In this document: positions 29,553 to 38,860 of the stretch, piece after piece | Numbering within the stretch: position 1 is the stretch's first letter | Layout: every line of letters begins with the position of its first letter | NCBI GenBank assembly: GCA_964360785.1 | Contig: CAYHXX010000001.1 | Location: forward strand, 9,334-73,333 | Reading direction: 5' to 3' | Length of the DNA stretch: 64,000 bases | From: an uncultured Gammaproteobacteria bacterium | GTDB lineage: Bacteria > Patescibacteriota > Microgenomatia > Woykebacterales > RBG-16-39-9b | Position numbers and translations under genes: made by a program | Notes under the pieces: generated by a model | Told to the model about the DNA's origin: nothing | What the model saw: the letters and a program-made list of their open reading frames with translations, nothing else | Databases searched by the model: none

Positions 29553-30467
29553 TCAGAGTTTAATCTTGCCGTGCGAAGGTGAGCGCCGGCGTTGTCTATA
29601 GGGTTTCCCGTTCTCCTCTTCAACATTGATTGGTGGGCCACTAACTAAATCATGTACATAACCGCAGCAGATGCAGGTCGCGTAGACGCCGTACCAATCT
29701 CTTTCGTGAATCATCGAACCACGACAGCGAGGGCATGTTCGGGGTAGGTTCGTCTTCGGCGGAACTACACCGTTAGAATTCGGTGTGGCGACAGGCTTCA
29801 CCTTTACCGGTGTTGGTTGAATCGGTGCGGGTTTTGGTTCTTCCCAGGCTGGTTTCGGCGCTCGAACTGTTGGACTCGAAGGTACTTGTTCTCGAGCAGT
29901 GGCTTGTTGGAGCATAAGCTCGATCGCTTGCCTTCGGTCCTCTCTACGACGGAACCGTTCCGCTTCTCGTTCCTGTTTCGCTTGCTTTTCGTCCTTCTCT
30001 TGTCGGATTTTCTCCCCGACGCCGAAATCGTCGACCCTGTTTGTGGAAGCAGGTTTTCGCGGAGTTGCACCAAGACGTGGCTTTCCCCTTGGGATCGAAA
30101 ACTCGGCGGCCCACTTTTCGGAAAGAATCAGCGGATCCTCCGTTAGTAGGTTCTGCCAGAGTTGCCAGTTCGGTGCGGTTCGTCGGCCGGGCGAATGTCT
30201 TCTTGTTCGAAAATGGTGTATCGAGATCTTGGGCCCGAGAGCATAGATCTTTCGACTGGACTTTTCACGCACAGCTACAAGCCAGCGCTGACCTTCCTCA
30301 GCAACAGAATCTTCGAAGTAGATTTGGGCGGTTTGGGTAAACGGTCGCCCATACCCAATCATCTCGTAGATAACTGTCAACTCCAATGGGTTGTAACCCC
30401 AGGGATTCGTATCAGCGCACAGGTACAACCCCGGACGTAGGTTCCGAACCAGATTACTGAGACTCAC
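29553..30467 (-). CDS. GC-rich hypothetical protein with C-terminal C4 zinc ribbon
   Basis: CPRCRGSMIHERDWYGVYATCICCGYVHD; R/E/K-rich charged middle; P-rich linker. Confidence 0.5.
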   Translation of the reverse strand: MSLSNLVRNLRPGLYLCADTNPWGYNPLELTVIYEMIGYGRPFTQTAQIYFEDSVAEEGQRWLVAVREKSSRKIYALGPKISIHHFRTRRHSPGRRTAPNWQLWQNLLTEDPLILSEKWAAEFSIPRGKPRLGATPRKPASTNRVDDFGVGEKIRQEKDEKQAKQEREAERFRRREDRRQAIELMLQQATAREQVPSSPTVRAPKPAWEEPKPAPIQPTPVKVKPVATPNSNGVVPPKTNLPRTCPRCRGSMIHERDWYGVYATCICCGYVHDLVSGPPINVEEENGKPYRQRRRSPSHGKIKL

Positions 30468-30574
30468 TGGTCACCTCCTTTCCTCGGGTGCTCTCTCGAA
30501 GTGGAAAAACCTAGGCTGATATTAACAATAATATACTAGGAAAACAATTGTTGAGTTGCGAACGATTATATTTT

Positions 30575-31249
30575 TTATTTTCTGATTCTGATCAGAGAGG
30601 GATTGTCGACTCCTCCACCGGCGCCGGCATACATGCCAAAAAGAAAATCACTGATCTTATACTTGTGTTTGCCTCCCCGCTCGTCCCAAAGCGGATCATT
30701 GACGTAAACGAATTTACGGTCGATTCCGGTGACAACATTAAAATGAAAGTTGAAGCGTGGGTTTTTGGCAAAAAGAAAACTGGAGGTAAGAACTACGATC
30801 GATGGGTTTTTACTCTTTAACTCTTCGCGGATGTCCTCTTCAGTTGGAATTTTTACTTCGACTACTCCCCCATCTTTCATGAACTGCAAAAAGAATTTCA
30901 CCGCTCTTTTGTCGTTCGAAGTTTTGATACCGTATCCAGCAATTGCTTTGCTTTTTGTATTAGAAATTTTTTCTAAGTGGTTTTTTATTTTGTCTTGAGA
31001 AGCACCGATTTCGTTAAGCGTAAAGAGCCCAGGGTTAAAAGTGGTAACTGTTACTTTGAACCCATTTTTGATTAAGAACGAACCCAGTTGAGGACAGTAA
31101 GTTCCAAATTTATCAGCCTCTAAATTTTTCTGGATTTGTTCAAAGGTAAACGGCAGTTTCCAAAACTTTGTAATCATGTTGACCGCAGCAATTCCGCAAT
31201 CAACAGAATCTTTTTCTTGACGAACAATTGGAACGTTTAATGGTTTCAT
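30575..31249 (-). CDS. peptidase C39-like (papain-fold) domain protein
   Basis: VRQEKDSVDCGIAAVNMITKFW catalytic Cys context; start set at MKPLN (31249). The track ORF extends to 31546 through GC-rich foreign sequence and is probably spurious. Confidence 0.6.
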   Translation of the reverse strand: MKPLNVPIVRQEKDSVDCGIAAVNMITKFWKLPFTFEQIQKNLEADKFGTYCPQLGSFLIKNGFKVTVTTFNPGLFTLNEIGASQDKIKNHLEKISNTKSKAIAGYGIKTSNDKRAVKFFLQFMKDGGVVEVKIPTEEDIREELKSKNPSIVVLTSSFLFAKNPRFNFHFNVVTGIDRKFVYVNDPLWDERGGKHKYKISDFLFGMYAGAGGGVDNPSLIRIRK

Positions 31250-31419
31250 TTTGAGGGAATTGTACAGGTAGGTTTGAAAGTTGTCAAAAAGTTTGGGAAA
31301 ATTAATAAGTAAATTAAATGTCAGAGGACTCCCGCCGGGTTCGAAAACCTGGTGGCGGGAGTCCCTGTAGCCCACGTAGTGGTCGCAGAGCGCGGAGCGA
31401 TCTATCTCCGTTCCATGTG

Positions 31420-31962
31420 CTAGTGGAATCGGCTGATGTCGATCACCTGGATGCGTGGATCGCTGCTGCTCTCCTCGTTGTCGTAGTCCACCGGTTGGAA
31501 GTGGAGGTGACGTTCCGGGTTGAAGCTCGGGTGCTTCTCCACCCACTCCCTGTAGGCCTCTTCGTCGTCCTTGGTGATCTCGCCGATGAAGGCCATCTCG
31601 ACCTCGTGCTGGGCTTGCACTCGGAGAGCTCGCAGGCAGTGGAGTGCGAGCAGCTGCATCACTTGGATGGGCTGCTCAGTGAACGCGCCGTCCTTGTATT
31701 TGCGCGCGACCTGGCGGTAGAGATTGAGGACCAACGCTTTGAGCTCGTCGAGGTCTTTCGCGACGACGAACTGATCCACCTCGGGATCGCTGGCTGTTCT
31801 CCGCATCTCCCGGGCGAACGCGTCCTTGTAGTTGGAGTGCGCATAGGCAGCTTCCATCTCTCCGAGCACGATCCCGGGAAAGAAGCTCCAGACGGTGTAG
31901 TGCAGGTCGTACGGGTTTTCCCGTAGCCTTGCCAGGGTGTAGTTTTCCACGGCGGTGACCAT
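31420..31962 (-). CDS. GC-rich hypothetical protein
   Basis: 180 aa of balanced composition; the antisense ORF 31318..31926 is R/V/L-rich and typical of a shadow ORF. Confidence 0.45.
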   Translation of the reverse strand: MVTAVENYTLARLRENPYDLHYTVWSFFPGIVLGEMEAAYAHSNYKDAFAREMRRTASDPEVDQFVVAKDLDELKALVLNLYRQVARKYKDGAFTEQPIQVMQLLALHCLRALRVQAQHEVEMAFIGEITKDDEEAYREWVEKHPSFNPERHLHFQPVDYDNEESSSDPRIQVIDISRFH

Positions 31963-32016
31963 TCCTTTCGTTCCCTCCCTTGCTTCTGAATGATTGATGG
32001 GAATATTTTACCACAC

Positions 32017-32931
32017 TCAGTCTACTATAGGATTTCTTGAAGGTAAAACTCTAACTAACGACCAAGCGGTTTGGGTTGAAGATGGTTTGGTGAAGATTTT
32101 GTAGGACTTAAAGTCCGTTTTTGAGCTGCCAAACAAAAATTGACCAGGATCAGAAATAACCTCAATGTCGCCTACTCCAATGTTTCTTCCACCTTCATAC
32201 CATAAGAAAAAAGGTCCAAAAAAAGTCTTTTCTTGGTTTAAAGAATAGGAAACTGCCCTTGCTTGCTTTGTTGTTGCCAAAGATATGGCCATGCAGTTTT
32301 TTCCAACTCCATAACTATTGGGTTTAGATGCGACTATTCTTATCGCCTTAACCAAGGCTTTTTCTATCTCATCAACAGTATTTGCCTTACGAAGTGATGC
32401 TTGTAAAATCCTTCTGTCGTTTCGATCAAAAGGTTGCGTTGGTGGAATTATGATAACTTGTGGTCGAGATGAATCAAGCGACTCAACTTTAAATTCTTTT
32501 TCGACAGAACCATTAGTTGAGACATTAGAAATAGTTCGAACATATGGTTTAAGGATTGTATCATTTTTCTGTTCCCATCCGGCAATTACGAAAACGTGTC
32601 GTTTTTCTAAATGATCTGGAAAAGTTCGAAACAATTCCGTAGCCTTTTTTGCTAACACTTCAACCGCTATCTGTACCTCAAGTTCGCATAAACCTTCTTC
32701 TTGTATTGTCTCTGTTAACCAATGATCAATCCGCTTATCATTTACCCTACCTATCCCTGCAAAAGTTATTGTTAACAATGCATTCTCACAAGAAAAGACT
32801 AAAGCTTTGTTTGCCTGATCGTTGACGGTAATGCCAGTCGCCATATCAGTAAACATTCGATCTGACACTTGTACTATTAAATTCTTTGTCACCGCAGTTA
32901 AATTTAGTGTCATGCTTGAGAATATTAGCAC
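32017..32931 (-). CDS. hypothetical protein
   Basis: 304 aa, low GC, no motif recognised. Confidence 0.5.
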   Translation of the reverse strand: MLIFSSMTLNLTAVTKNLIVQVSDRMFTDMATGITVNDQANKALVFSCENALLTITFAGIGRVNDKRIDHWLTETIQEEGLCELEVQIAVEVLAKKATELFRTFPDHLEKRHVFVIAGWEQKNDTILKPYVRTISNVSTNGSVEKEFKVESLDSSRPQVIIIPPTQPFDRNDRRILQASLRKANTVDEIEKALVKAIRIVASKPNSYGVGKNCMAISLATTKQARAVSYSLNQEKTFFGPFFLWYEGGRNIGVGDIEVISDPGQFLFGSSKTDFKSYKIFTKPSSTQTAWSLVRVLPSRNPIVD

Positions 32932-32951
32932 TTGGAAAAGGAGCGGGCAAA

Positions 32952-33290
32952 TTATTTTTTCTTGGGGATTTTCTTTTCTACAAATCTGACAAAGTGATAA
33001 GACTTCTCTACGATTGGCCAGGTATTTTCAATCTCCTCAACAGAGGTGATTTCAGCTGTAACCCAAGTCTTTCCAAACTCAAACTTTTCGAAAAAACCAG
33101 TTTCCCTAGCTTCTTCAAAATCCTCTGCCGAAAGACGAAGTAAAAGTTGGAAGAGATTATCGTCGATTTTTTTATACCCACCAAAAAACTTCCTCTCCGG
33201 AGTGTGCGCGATCGTCCAGCCAAATTCTTTGCGCCAGGTTATAGGACCGAGATTTTCGATTTTTTGGATCAAGATTTCTTCAAGTGACAT
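32952..33290 (-). CDS. hypothetical protein
   Basis: 112 aa, low GC. Confidence 0.45.
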   Translation of the reverse strand: MSLEEILIQKIENLGPITWRKEFGWTIAHTPERKFFGGYKKIDDNLFQLLLRLSAEDFEEARETGFFEKFEFGKTWVTAEITSVEEIENTWPIVEKSYHFVRFVEKKIPKKK

Positions 33291-33403
33291 GTGAGTAACT
33301 TAACACTTTGAAAAGAAGTGGGCAAATAAGATAAAAGAAACTCCCGTCGAGGTTTGCTCGGACGGGAGTCGGTGGTTCTTACATATGTTGCTGCGTTGAG
33401 TCT

Positions 33404-33751
33404 TCAGGAAACGATCTCCTCGTGGCTCGATTCGGTCGGCTTCGTCTCGCCGATAACCGGTGGTGCGTCCTTGCTGATTGTCACCGGAGTCGTAAGGCCC
33501 TCGTACTCGAAGACCAGTTCGACCTTGTGGTTCTCGGCAAGGCGGATGTCCACAAGACTTGACCATTCGAGGCGGTACAGCACGACGCTGCCGAGGGTGG
33601 TTCCCTTGTACCTCAGGATGTTGCCGTTGGCCTGATGCAGGCTGTAGCGAACGCCTTTCCGTACCCACGTCACGACGCCGTGAATGATTTTCGCCTGAAA
33701 ATGGGCGGCGACTTGATCGGTCCACTTCTCTTCGAGCAGAACTGTTGCCAT
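33404..33751 (-). CDS. GC-rich hypothetical protein, paralog A of 36410..36760
   Basis: KW..QVAAHFQAK / LAENHKVELVFEYEGLTTPVTISKDAPPVIGE aligns with KW..EVAGHLQAE / IAGHKVALVFKRDGHKRMVTISKDSSPVIVGE. Confidence 0.5.
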   Translation of the reverse strand: MATVLLEEKWTDQVAAHFQAKIIHGVVTWVRKGVRYSLHQANGNILRYKGTTLGSVVLYRLEWSSLVDIRLAENHKVELVFEYEGLTTPVTISKDAPPVIGETKPTESSHEEIVS

Positions 33752-33770
33752 GACGCCCTCCTTCGCTGTG

Positions 33771-34223
33771 CTAGTTGCTGAAGAACTCGCCGAGCATCGT
33801 ACCGCCGGGTACGATCTTGGCGAACAAGTCAGTCGTACTCTCGTCCCGGTGCTGGCTGTGGCAGATTGGGTGGATTGCCGGTGGTTGGTTGAACAGCCTA
33901 CCGATGGCTACCTCAGCCCGTTTGATCTCTGCCAGACCAGCGCGATTGGCCGGATTGTTGTTGTCCCTCGATAGGACCGTGACGATGTGCAGAACCCTTC
34001 CAGTCGGAAGGTGGCCGAAGATGACCCCTGCCTGGACTTCCCGCTTGCGCAGTTCGTCCATGAATGCACCCGCGGCCCGTGTGAGAGTGTCGGCCCGGTC
34101 CTCGCCGACCCCGACTTCAACCAGCTTCTGCTGTAGCCAACTGATTCCGTGAAAGACCAAGATGACCTCCTGCTTCCTGCAGATCCCTGCTGTGGGGTGC
34201 TTTCTTTGCAGCGATTTTAGCAA
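33771..34223 (-). CDS. GC-rich hypothetical protein, operonic with paralog A
   Basis: 150 aa; 20-nt gap to the downstream gene; the antisense ORF is spurious. Confidence 0.45.
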   Translation of the reverse strand: MLKSLQRKHPTAGICRKQEVILVFHGISWLQQKLVEVGVGEDRADTLTRAAGAFMDELRKREVQAGVIFGHLPTGRVLHIVTVLSRDNNNPANRAGLAEIKRAEVAIGRLFNQPPAIHPICHSQHRDESTTDLFAKIVPGGTMLGEFFSN

Positions 34224-34623
34224 TATTGTTGGATTTAGGCAAATAGAGCTACATTTTTTTGAAATTGAGAAAAAAAGAATTGCCGCCGATCAACAGGGAG
34301 AGTGACCGGCGGTTCGAAGACACTGATTCGAGATAGCCGTGCGCCCAGTACGTTAGGCGATCTTGCCGTTCTCGAAGAACAGGTGCGCAGTCAGAACGAC
34401 GCCAAATGCGGTGAGGAGGACGAGAGCCTTCTCTACCGTACTGAGTCTTTGCGGTTGAAACCGTTCGGATGACTGATCCCTCATGGAAATTTCTCCTGCT
34501 AACTCCCTGCAGGGATAATTATATTTATTTTTCGTTTGGAAATAAATGGACAATTAAAGCGGATTAAAAAGTGGGTTGTGATCTCTCTCCGGAGAACACT
34601 ACCCGAAAGCTGAGTTTCGCTAG

Positions 34624-35073
34624 CTACATTGGATACTCCTCAGCTTCCTCTTCCCGTCGTTTATCAAGAGCAAAGAGTTCAAATGAACGCCGAACATTCT
34701 TCGCAATCTGTTTCGGATCCTTACTGCTCTCGCATTTGAAGCCATGCCACCTGCGATACTTTTCGCGTGCCTCTGGAGTAATGATTCCGGTGGTCGCCAC
34801 CAAAGTTATCACAAAATGGGGCTCTTTCCTTTCGATGTGACCAATCGCCCACTCGATATCAGTTTGTGTAATCTGTTCATTAATACAGACCCAGACCATC
34901 CCATCTTTGTTTACAACAATGATCTGTGGCCCACGTGCTAAACCAGATTGAATCTGTATATTCAGATCTGTGGTCTGTAGTTCTCTGGCAATACTTCGGA
35001 TACGAGCTGGTAAGCTCATATCAGCTGGGATGCCAGGGAGCATGAGGACAAGAGTGTCGAAGAACCGAGGCAT
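34624..35073 (-). CDS. hypothetical protein
   Basis: 149 aa; acidic C-terminus. Confidence 0.4.
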   Translation of the reverse strand: MPRFFDTLVLMLPGIPADMSLPARIRSIARELQTTDLNIQIQSGLARGPQIIVVNKDGMVWVCINEQITQTDIEWAIGHIERKEPHFVITLVATTGIITPEAREKYRRWHGFKCESSKDPKQIAKNVRRSFELFALDKRREEEAEEYPM

Positions 35074-35192
35074 CAGACTCCTCCTTCTGAAAGTAGCGAT
35101 CTCTGGTTCGCGAGGTGAGATTATATCAAATTGGGAAAAAGAAAGACTCCCTTTGGTTTACGCCGTGGGGAGTCTGAGATCTCTAGTTTGTT

Positions 35193-35561
35193 TCATTTGC
35201 TGATTACTCTAAACCGTTTGGACCTTTCCCGATGTTGCCATCTGAGTCTGTGCCACTCGTATTTTGACCAAAGACACGACAGCAGTGTCACCGTCAGAAT
35301 GAACACTGGTAGAACTATGGTCGGGATGACGAAATTGGCTGTCCATTGAAAATGCGTTGTTGGGAACAACAGTAGAACTGTTCCGACATAAGCTGGTCCA
35401 ATAATGAATAGTGCAATTCCACTGATCAATATGTCGCCCGTCTTCCAGAAAGCAACCGATTGTCTGATCTTTCGAATTCTCCCACTCTGTCCTGTTCGGT
35501 TGCGGCGATTACTCTTGAGCAGACGAAGCGTTGGTTTGGGTTGCTGATTCCCATAACCCAT
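35193..35561 (-). CDS. small membrane protein
   Basis: 122 aa, two TM helices, basic N-terminus. Confidence 0.35.
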   Translation of the reverse strand: MGYGNQQPKPTLRLLKSNRRNRTGQSGRIRKIRQSVAFWKTGDILISGIALFIIGPAYVGTVLLLFPTTHFQWTANFVIPTIVLPVFILTVTLLSCLWSKYEWHRLRWQHRERSKRFRVISK

Positions 35562-35678
35562 GAATCACCCTCCTCTTTTTTGTCTTTGGTTTTTATATGT
35601 TAGCACTGGGGAAAGAAGTGGGCAAATTTATAAATAAGAAAAAGAAAGACCCCCTTGGTTACCCGTAGGAGTCTGTGG

Positions 35679-36254
35679 TCAGTTGATAATCGTGCCTTGA
35701 GCGTTGATTGGCACTTGGACCGATCTTACTTGAGATTTTCTACTTTTTCTTGTTCGCGATCTTCTCCTGTTGTTTTCAAACATTTTTTTCGGAAAGACTC
35801 CAGCAGAGATACTCAGGAATACTCTATCCAGGCTGGGGTATTTCGTTGTCGATCTTTCCATCAGTTTCCAGAAGCCCTTGATATGTTCGTTTAGCATTTT
35901 GCCAAGTATTGTCTTTTGTACATGCAGCGGTAGATTTGACAGGACAATAATGGCAACCGCTACTGCGTGGGCATAAGCTATTTGGTGCGGAACTGAGTTG
36001 TTTCCTGGCATCGCGCTGTAGAACATGTGATAGCAGTGTTCCACATGGTCCTTCAAATCTTCGACAGGTAACGCTAACAGTTTCGGATCGCCCGCTATTT
36101 CCTTTCTGGTTTCTTGAAGGCAGCCAGCAATTTCTGGTGTATCAAGTGTTTCTTGTTTCCAATTGACCCGAGGGAACTTTCGGCGCACCATAGCCAGGAC
36201 GGGTGTTGGGTCAGACAAGAGACTGACGAGAGTGTACAGCTTGGGTGGTGGCAT
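35679..36254 (-). CDS. hypothetical protein with basic C-terminal tail
   Basis: 191 aa; C-terminal RRRSRTRKSRKSQVR. Confidence 0.4.
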   Translation of the reverse strand: MPPPKLYTLVSLLSDPTPVLAMVRRKFPRVNWKQETLDTPEIAGCLQETRKEIAGDPKLLALPVEDLKDHVEHCYHMFYSAMPGNNSVPHQIAYAHAVAVAIIVLSNLPLHVQKTILGKMLNEHIKGFWKLMERSTTKYPSLDRVFLSISAGVFPKKMFENNRRRSRTRKSRKSQVRSVQVPINAQGTIIN

Positions 36255-36409
36255 CCTATTCCTCCGTGAACTCGTCCTTTCGTGATGAGGATTTTATCAC
36301 ATCTTATAATTCATAGTAAATTGGAGAAGGATTTTAGAAATGAAAGAAGGGAAGGTCCGGTGTGGATCTTCCCTTTGGGGTGCAGAGCTGGGTGTTGGTT
36401 TCACGAGCT

Positions 36410-36760
36410 TTAGGAGACAGTACCCTCTCTGCTGGTCGGTGTTGCTGGTGGTTCTCCAACGATGACCGGCGAGCTGTCCTTGCTGATCGTCACCATTCGC
36501 TTGTGGCCATCACGTTTGAAGACCAGGGCAACCTTGTGACCGGCGATCCAGAGGATTTCCGTCAGGCCTTCCCAGTTGAGGTCACTGAGGCTGGATCCGG
36601 ACGTGGTGACCTCGGTTAGGGAGACACTGTCGCCGGTTCGGTCCAGCGCGGTGTGAACTCCCTGGTGATCCCAGCGGATCCTGCCGTTGGAGGTTTCCGC
36701 CTGCAAATGGCCGGCGACCTCCATCCACTTACTTGCGCGTTCTTCAGGCGTCATTTGCAC
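36410..36760 (-). CDS. GC-rich hypothetical protein, paralog B of 33404..33751
   Basis: See paralog A alignment. Confidence 0.5.
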   Translation of the reverse strand: MQMTPEERASKWMEVAGHLQAETSNGRIRWDHQGVHTALDRTGDSVSLTEVTTSGSSLSDLNWEGLTEILWIAGHKVALVFKRDGHKRMVTISKDSSPVIVGEPPATPTSREGTVS

Positions 36761-36890
36761 TTACTCCTCCTGCTAATATCGTTCCGTTAGGGGCTATTTT
36801 AGCATATAGTTAATAAAAATGGGATTTACTTGAGGATCTTGGCAATGAATTTGTGGGTTGAAACAACCATGTAGAGTGTTGTTTTCCTGA

Positions 36891-37433
36891 TTAGTCCCAA
36901 AAGATCGGGTCAGAGATAAACGGGCCAAAAGCAAAAATTATTCCGTGTGAATAAGCTAGATCGCGAGGCAGGTGCTTGTTGCTGATTAGACCCATCACAC
37001 CTTCCTCCTGATAAATATTTGGGTTACCCGAAAGCCCAATCACAACGTCTCTTAGTTCTTTTCCAGCCAAAAGTTGCTTGGAGATTTTGTCTGATACCTG
37101 CCAGTGTGCTGAAGTACCCAGTCCCAGATTACCTTTCCTATCGACTACGGCAATCCAGCCACTTTCGAACCAGCGCTCCCCCACTTTGTGCATGCCACCT
37201 TCCATACCGATTGCATAATCTGCTTTGGTTTTTTTCAGCGCGTTTTGGGCGCGGTTTATTGCTCCTTTCAGGCTTATTTCAGCAGACTTGGGTTGATTAT
37301 CTACACCGGAATCAACTTCAACTCCTGTTACTTTAGTTCCAGGGAAAAGTTTATCAATGGCTAGTTGGGCGGCACGAATCTTGGCCTCATTTGTACTGCC
37401 GACAACGATTTTCATCCTATCTTCTTGATCCAC
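36891..37433 (-). CDS. non-canonical purine NTP pyrophosphatase-like (YjjX / inosine-xanthosine triphosphatase family)
   Basis: MKIVVGSTNEAKIRAAQ..., WFESGWIAVVD; true start probably the internal MKIVV. Confidence 0.65.
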   Translation of the reverse strand: MDQEDRMKIVVGSTNEAKIRAAQLAIDKLFPGTKVTGVEVDSGVDNQPKSAEISLKGAINRAQNALKKTKADYAIGMEGGMHKVGERWFESGWIAVVDRKGNLGLGTSAHWQVSDKISKQLLAGKELRDVVIGLSGNPNIYQEEGVMGLISNKHLPRDLAYSHGIIFAFGPFISDPIFWD

Positions 37434-38187
37434 TGATCAAAAATATTTTTAATTTCAGCTAAATGTTCTGGTGCTTGGAAAGTGTGGGGTGCACCCTTGA
37501 TTACATGAAGTTCTTTTTTGTCACCTGGAATTGTTTCAAAAAGCACCTGTGACTCATAGAGATGTTCGTCTTTTTCGCCAACAATCAAAAGTACTGGCAT
37601 GGTTAATTTTTCTGCTTGCGGAAGCAAGTCATATTTCATCCGATCTTCAATATGAGACCATTTCAATTTCTTGATTAAACCAGGAATGGACCCACTTTTT
37701 TGTTCTCGCCAACCAGTTTTCTCCCATTGTTCAGCTACCCTTTTGTGGCGCGGGGTTTCAACACTTAACTTTCCGGAAACAACTGTTGAAATTGGGGCTA
37801 AGGCTTTTACCAGTTCAGGATGACGTTCGGCGTACAAAGCAGTTGAAATTCCTCCAAGACTGTGACCGGACAGGCAAAAAGGTTCTTGATACCAGCTTTG
37901 GGTTTTCGCCAGCTAATGACATCTTCGAGATCTTCGTAATAATTTGTTGTGGTGGCATCCGCGTAATCTCCCTCGCTTTCACCATAAGTATTGGTAGTAT
38001 CAAATCTGATAACTGTGTAGCCGGCGTCAGAGAAAGCTTTGGCAAAGGTTTCGATGTGAGGTTGCTCTTTGAAACCGCCTAGTCCGTGGGCTACGAAAGC
38101 AAGGCCTTTTTGGTTCTCGGCCTTCTCAAGAATTAAAACAATCTTTTGCTTTTTGCGGTTTTGGATCGTGATTTTTTCCATAATCAA
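37412..38187 (-). pseudogene. alpha/beta-hydrolase gene disrupted by a 1-nt frameshift
   Basis: N-half (ORF 37807..38187: VAHGLGGFKEQPH...EDLEDVISW) and C-half (37412..~37900: AKTQSWYQEPFCLSGHSLGGISTALYAERHPE... with GHSLGG nucleophile elbow) lie in frames offset by -1 at ~37895-37905 (att agc tgg | gcg aaa). Confidence 0.6.
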
Positions 38188-38636
38188 AGGTTGAGTTCCT
38201 GTCTGGAGTTTTCTGGAAAGTTCACTACATCAAAAAGGACAAATTGGGTTGGTTTGATTTTGTAAAACCGATGTGGTTTATCCTTTAAAGCCATAAAGTC
38301 GGCAATTTGTCTTTTTGAAAATATTCTTTTGGTAAAGAGTAGAATTGCTTGGGAAACATCTTTTGGACTTGAAACTATTTCAGCTATTCCCTGCAATTGC
38401 AAACCTCGAGGTGGATCAGCTGGAGTGTGAGGAAGGACAATAGCCGCGGCGACCTTATTATTCTTTTCAACTTCTTTGGAATGTCGGCGTGAAGTTGCGG
38501 AAAACCAGTAAATGTTAAGATCGGAGTCAGCGGCAAACCAAACATTGCAAACCCAAGGTTGATCGTTCACTGAAGTAGCTAGCTGCATAAGCTTGGCCTC
38601 ATTTAAGTAGTCTTTAATTAACTGTTTCAAATTCAT
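38184..38636 (-). CDS. pyridoxamine 5'-phosphate oxidase-like FMN-binding split-barrel protein
   Basis: LMQLATSVNDQPWVCNVWFA...; 150 aa. Confidence 0.7.
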   Translation of the reverse strand: MNLKQLIKDYLNEAKLMQLATSVNDQPWVCNVWFAADSDLNIYWFSATSRRHSKEVEKNNKVAAAIVLPHTPADPPRGLQLQGIAEIVSSPKDVSQAILLFTKRIFSKRQIADFMALKDKPHRFYKIKPTQFVLFDVVNFPENSRQELNL

Positions 38637-38860
38637 ATTACGTAGACGTTAGTAAAAGGGTTTTCATGGAAATATTTTACCACCTTTGGCAGCAAAGGTG
38701 GCACCAAACTGCCGCAAAACTGCGCGTGCTAGAAAGATTTAAGTCACTCAAGCAAAATTGCAAACTCATCCGCCGGTTGGCGGACTCAAACAAGCAATTT
38801 GTGCTAATTCGCTTGGTCAAATCTTTCCTATACGCATGCTCGTAAAGCGGGGCTGAAATG

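Noticed and set aside
30575-31546. Track ORF extending the C39-like peptidase by ~100 N-terminal codons
   Set aside because: The extension lies in GC-rich foreign sequence and overlaps the neighbouring gene. The conserved peptidase starts at MKPLN (31249).
31318-31926. 202-aa plus-strand ORF and other long ORFs antisense to GC-rich genes (28734..29249, 29817..30440, 33300..33725, 33775..34152, 52119..52616)
   Set aside because: The R/V/L/G-rich, low-complexity translations are typical of shadow ORFs in high-GC coding DNA. The opposite-strand products have balanced composition, signal/TM segments or zinc ribbons.
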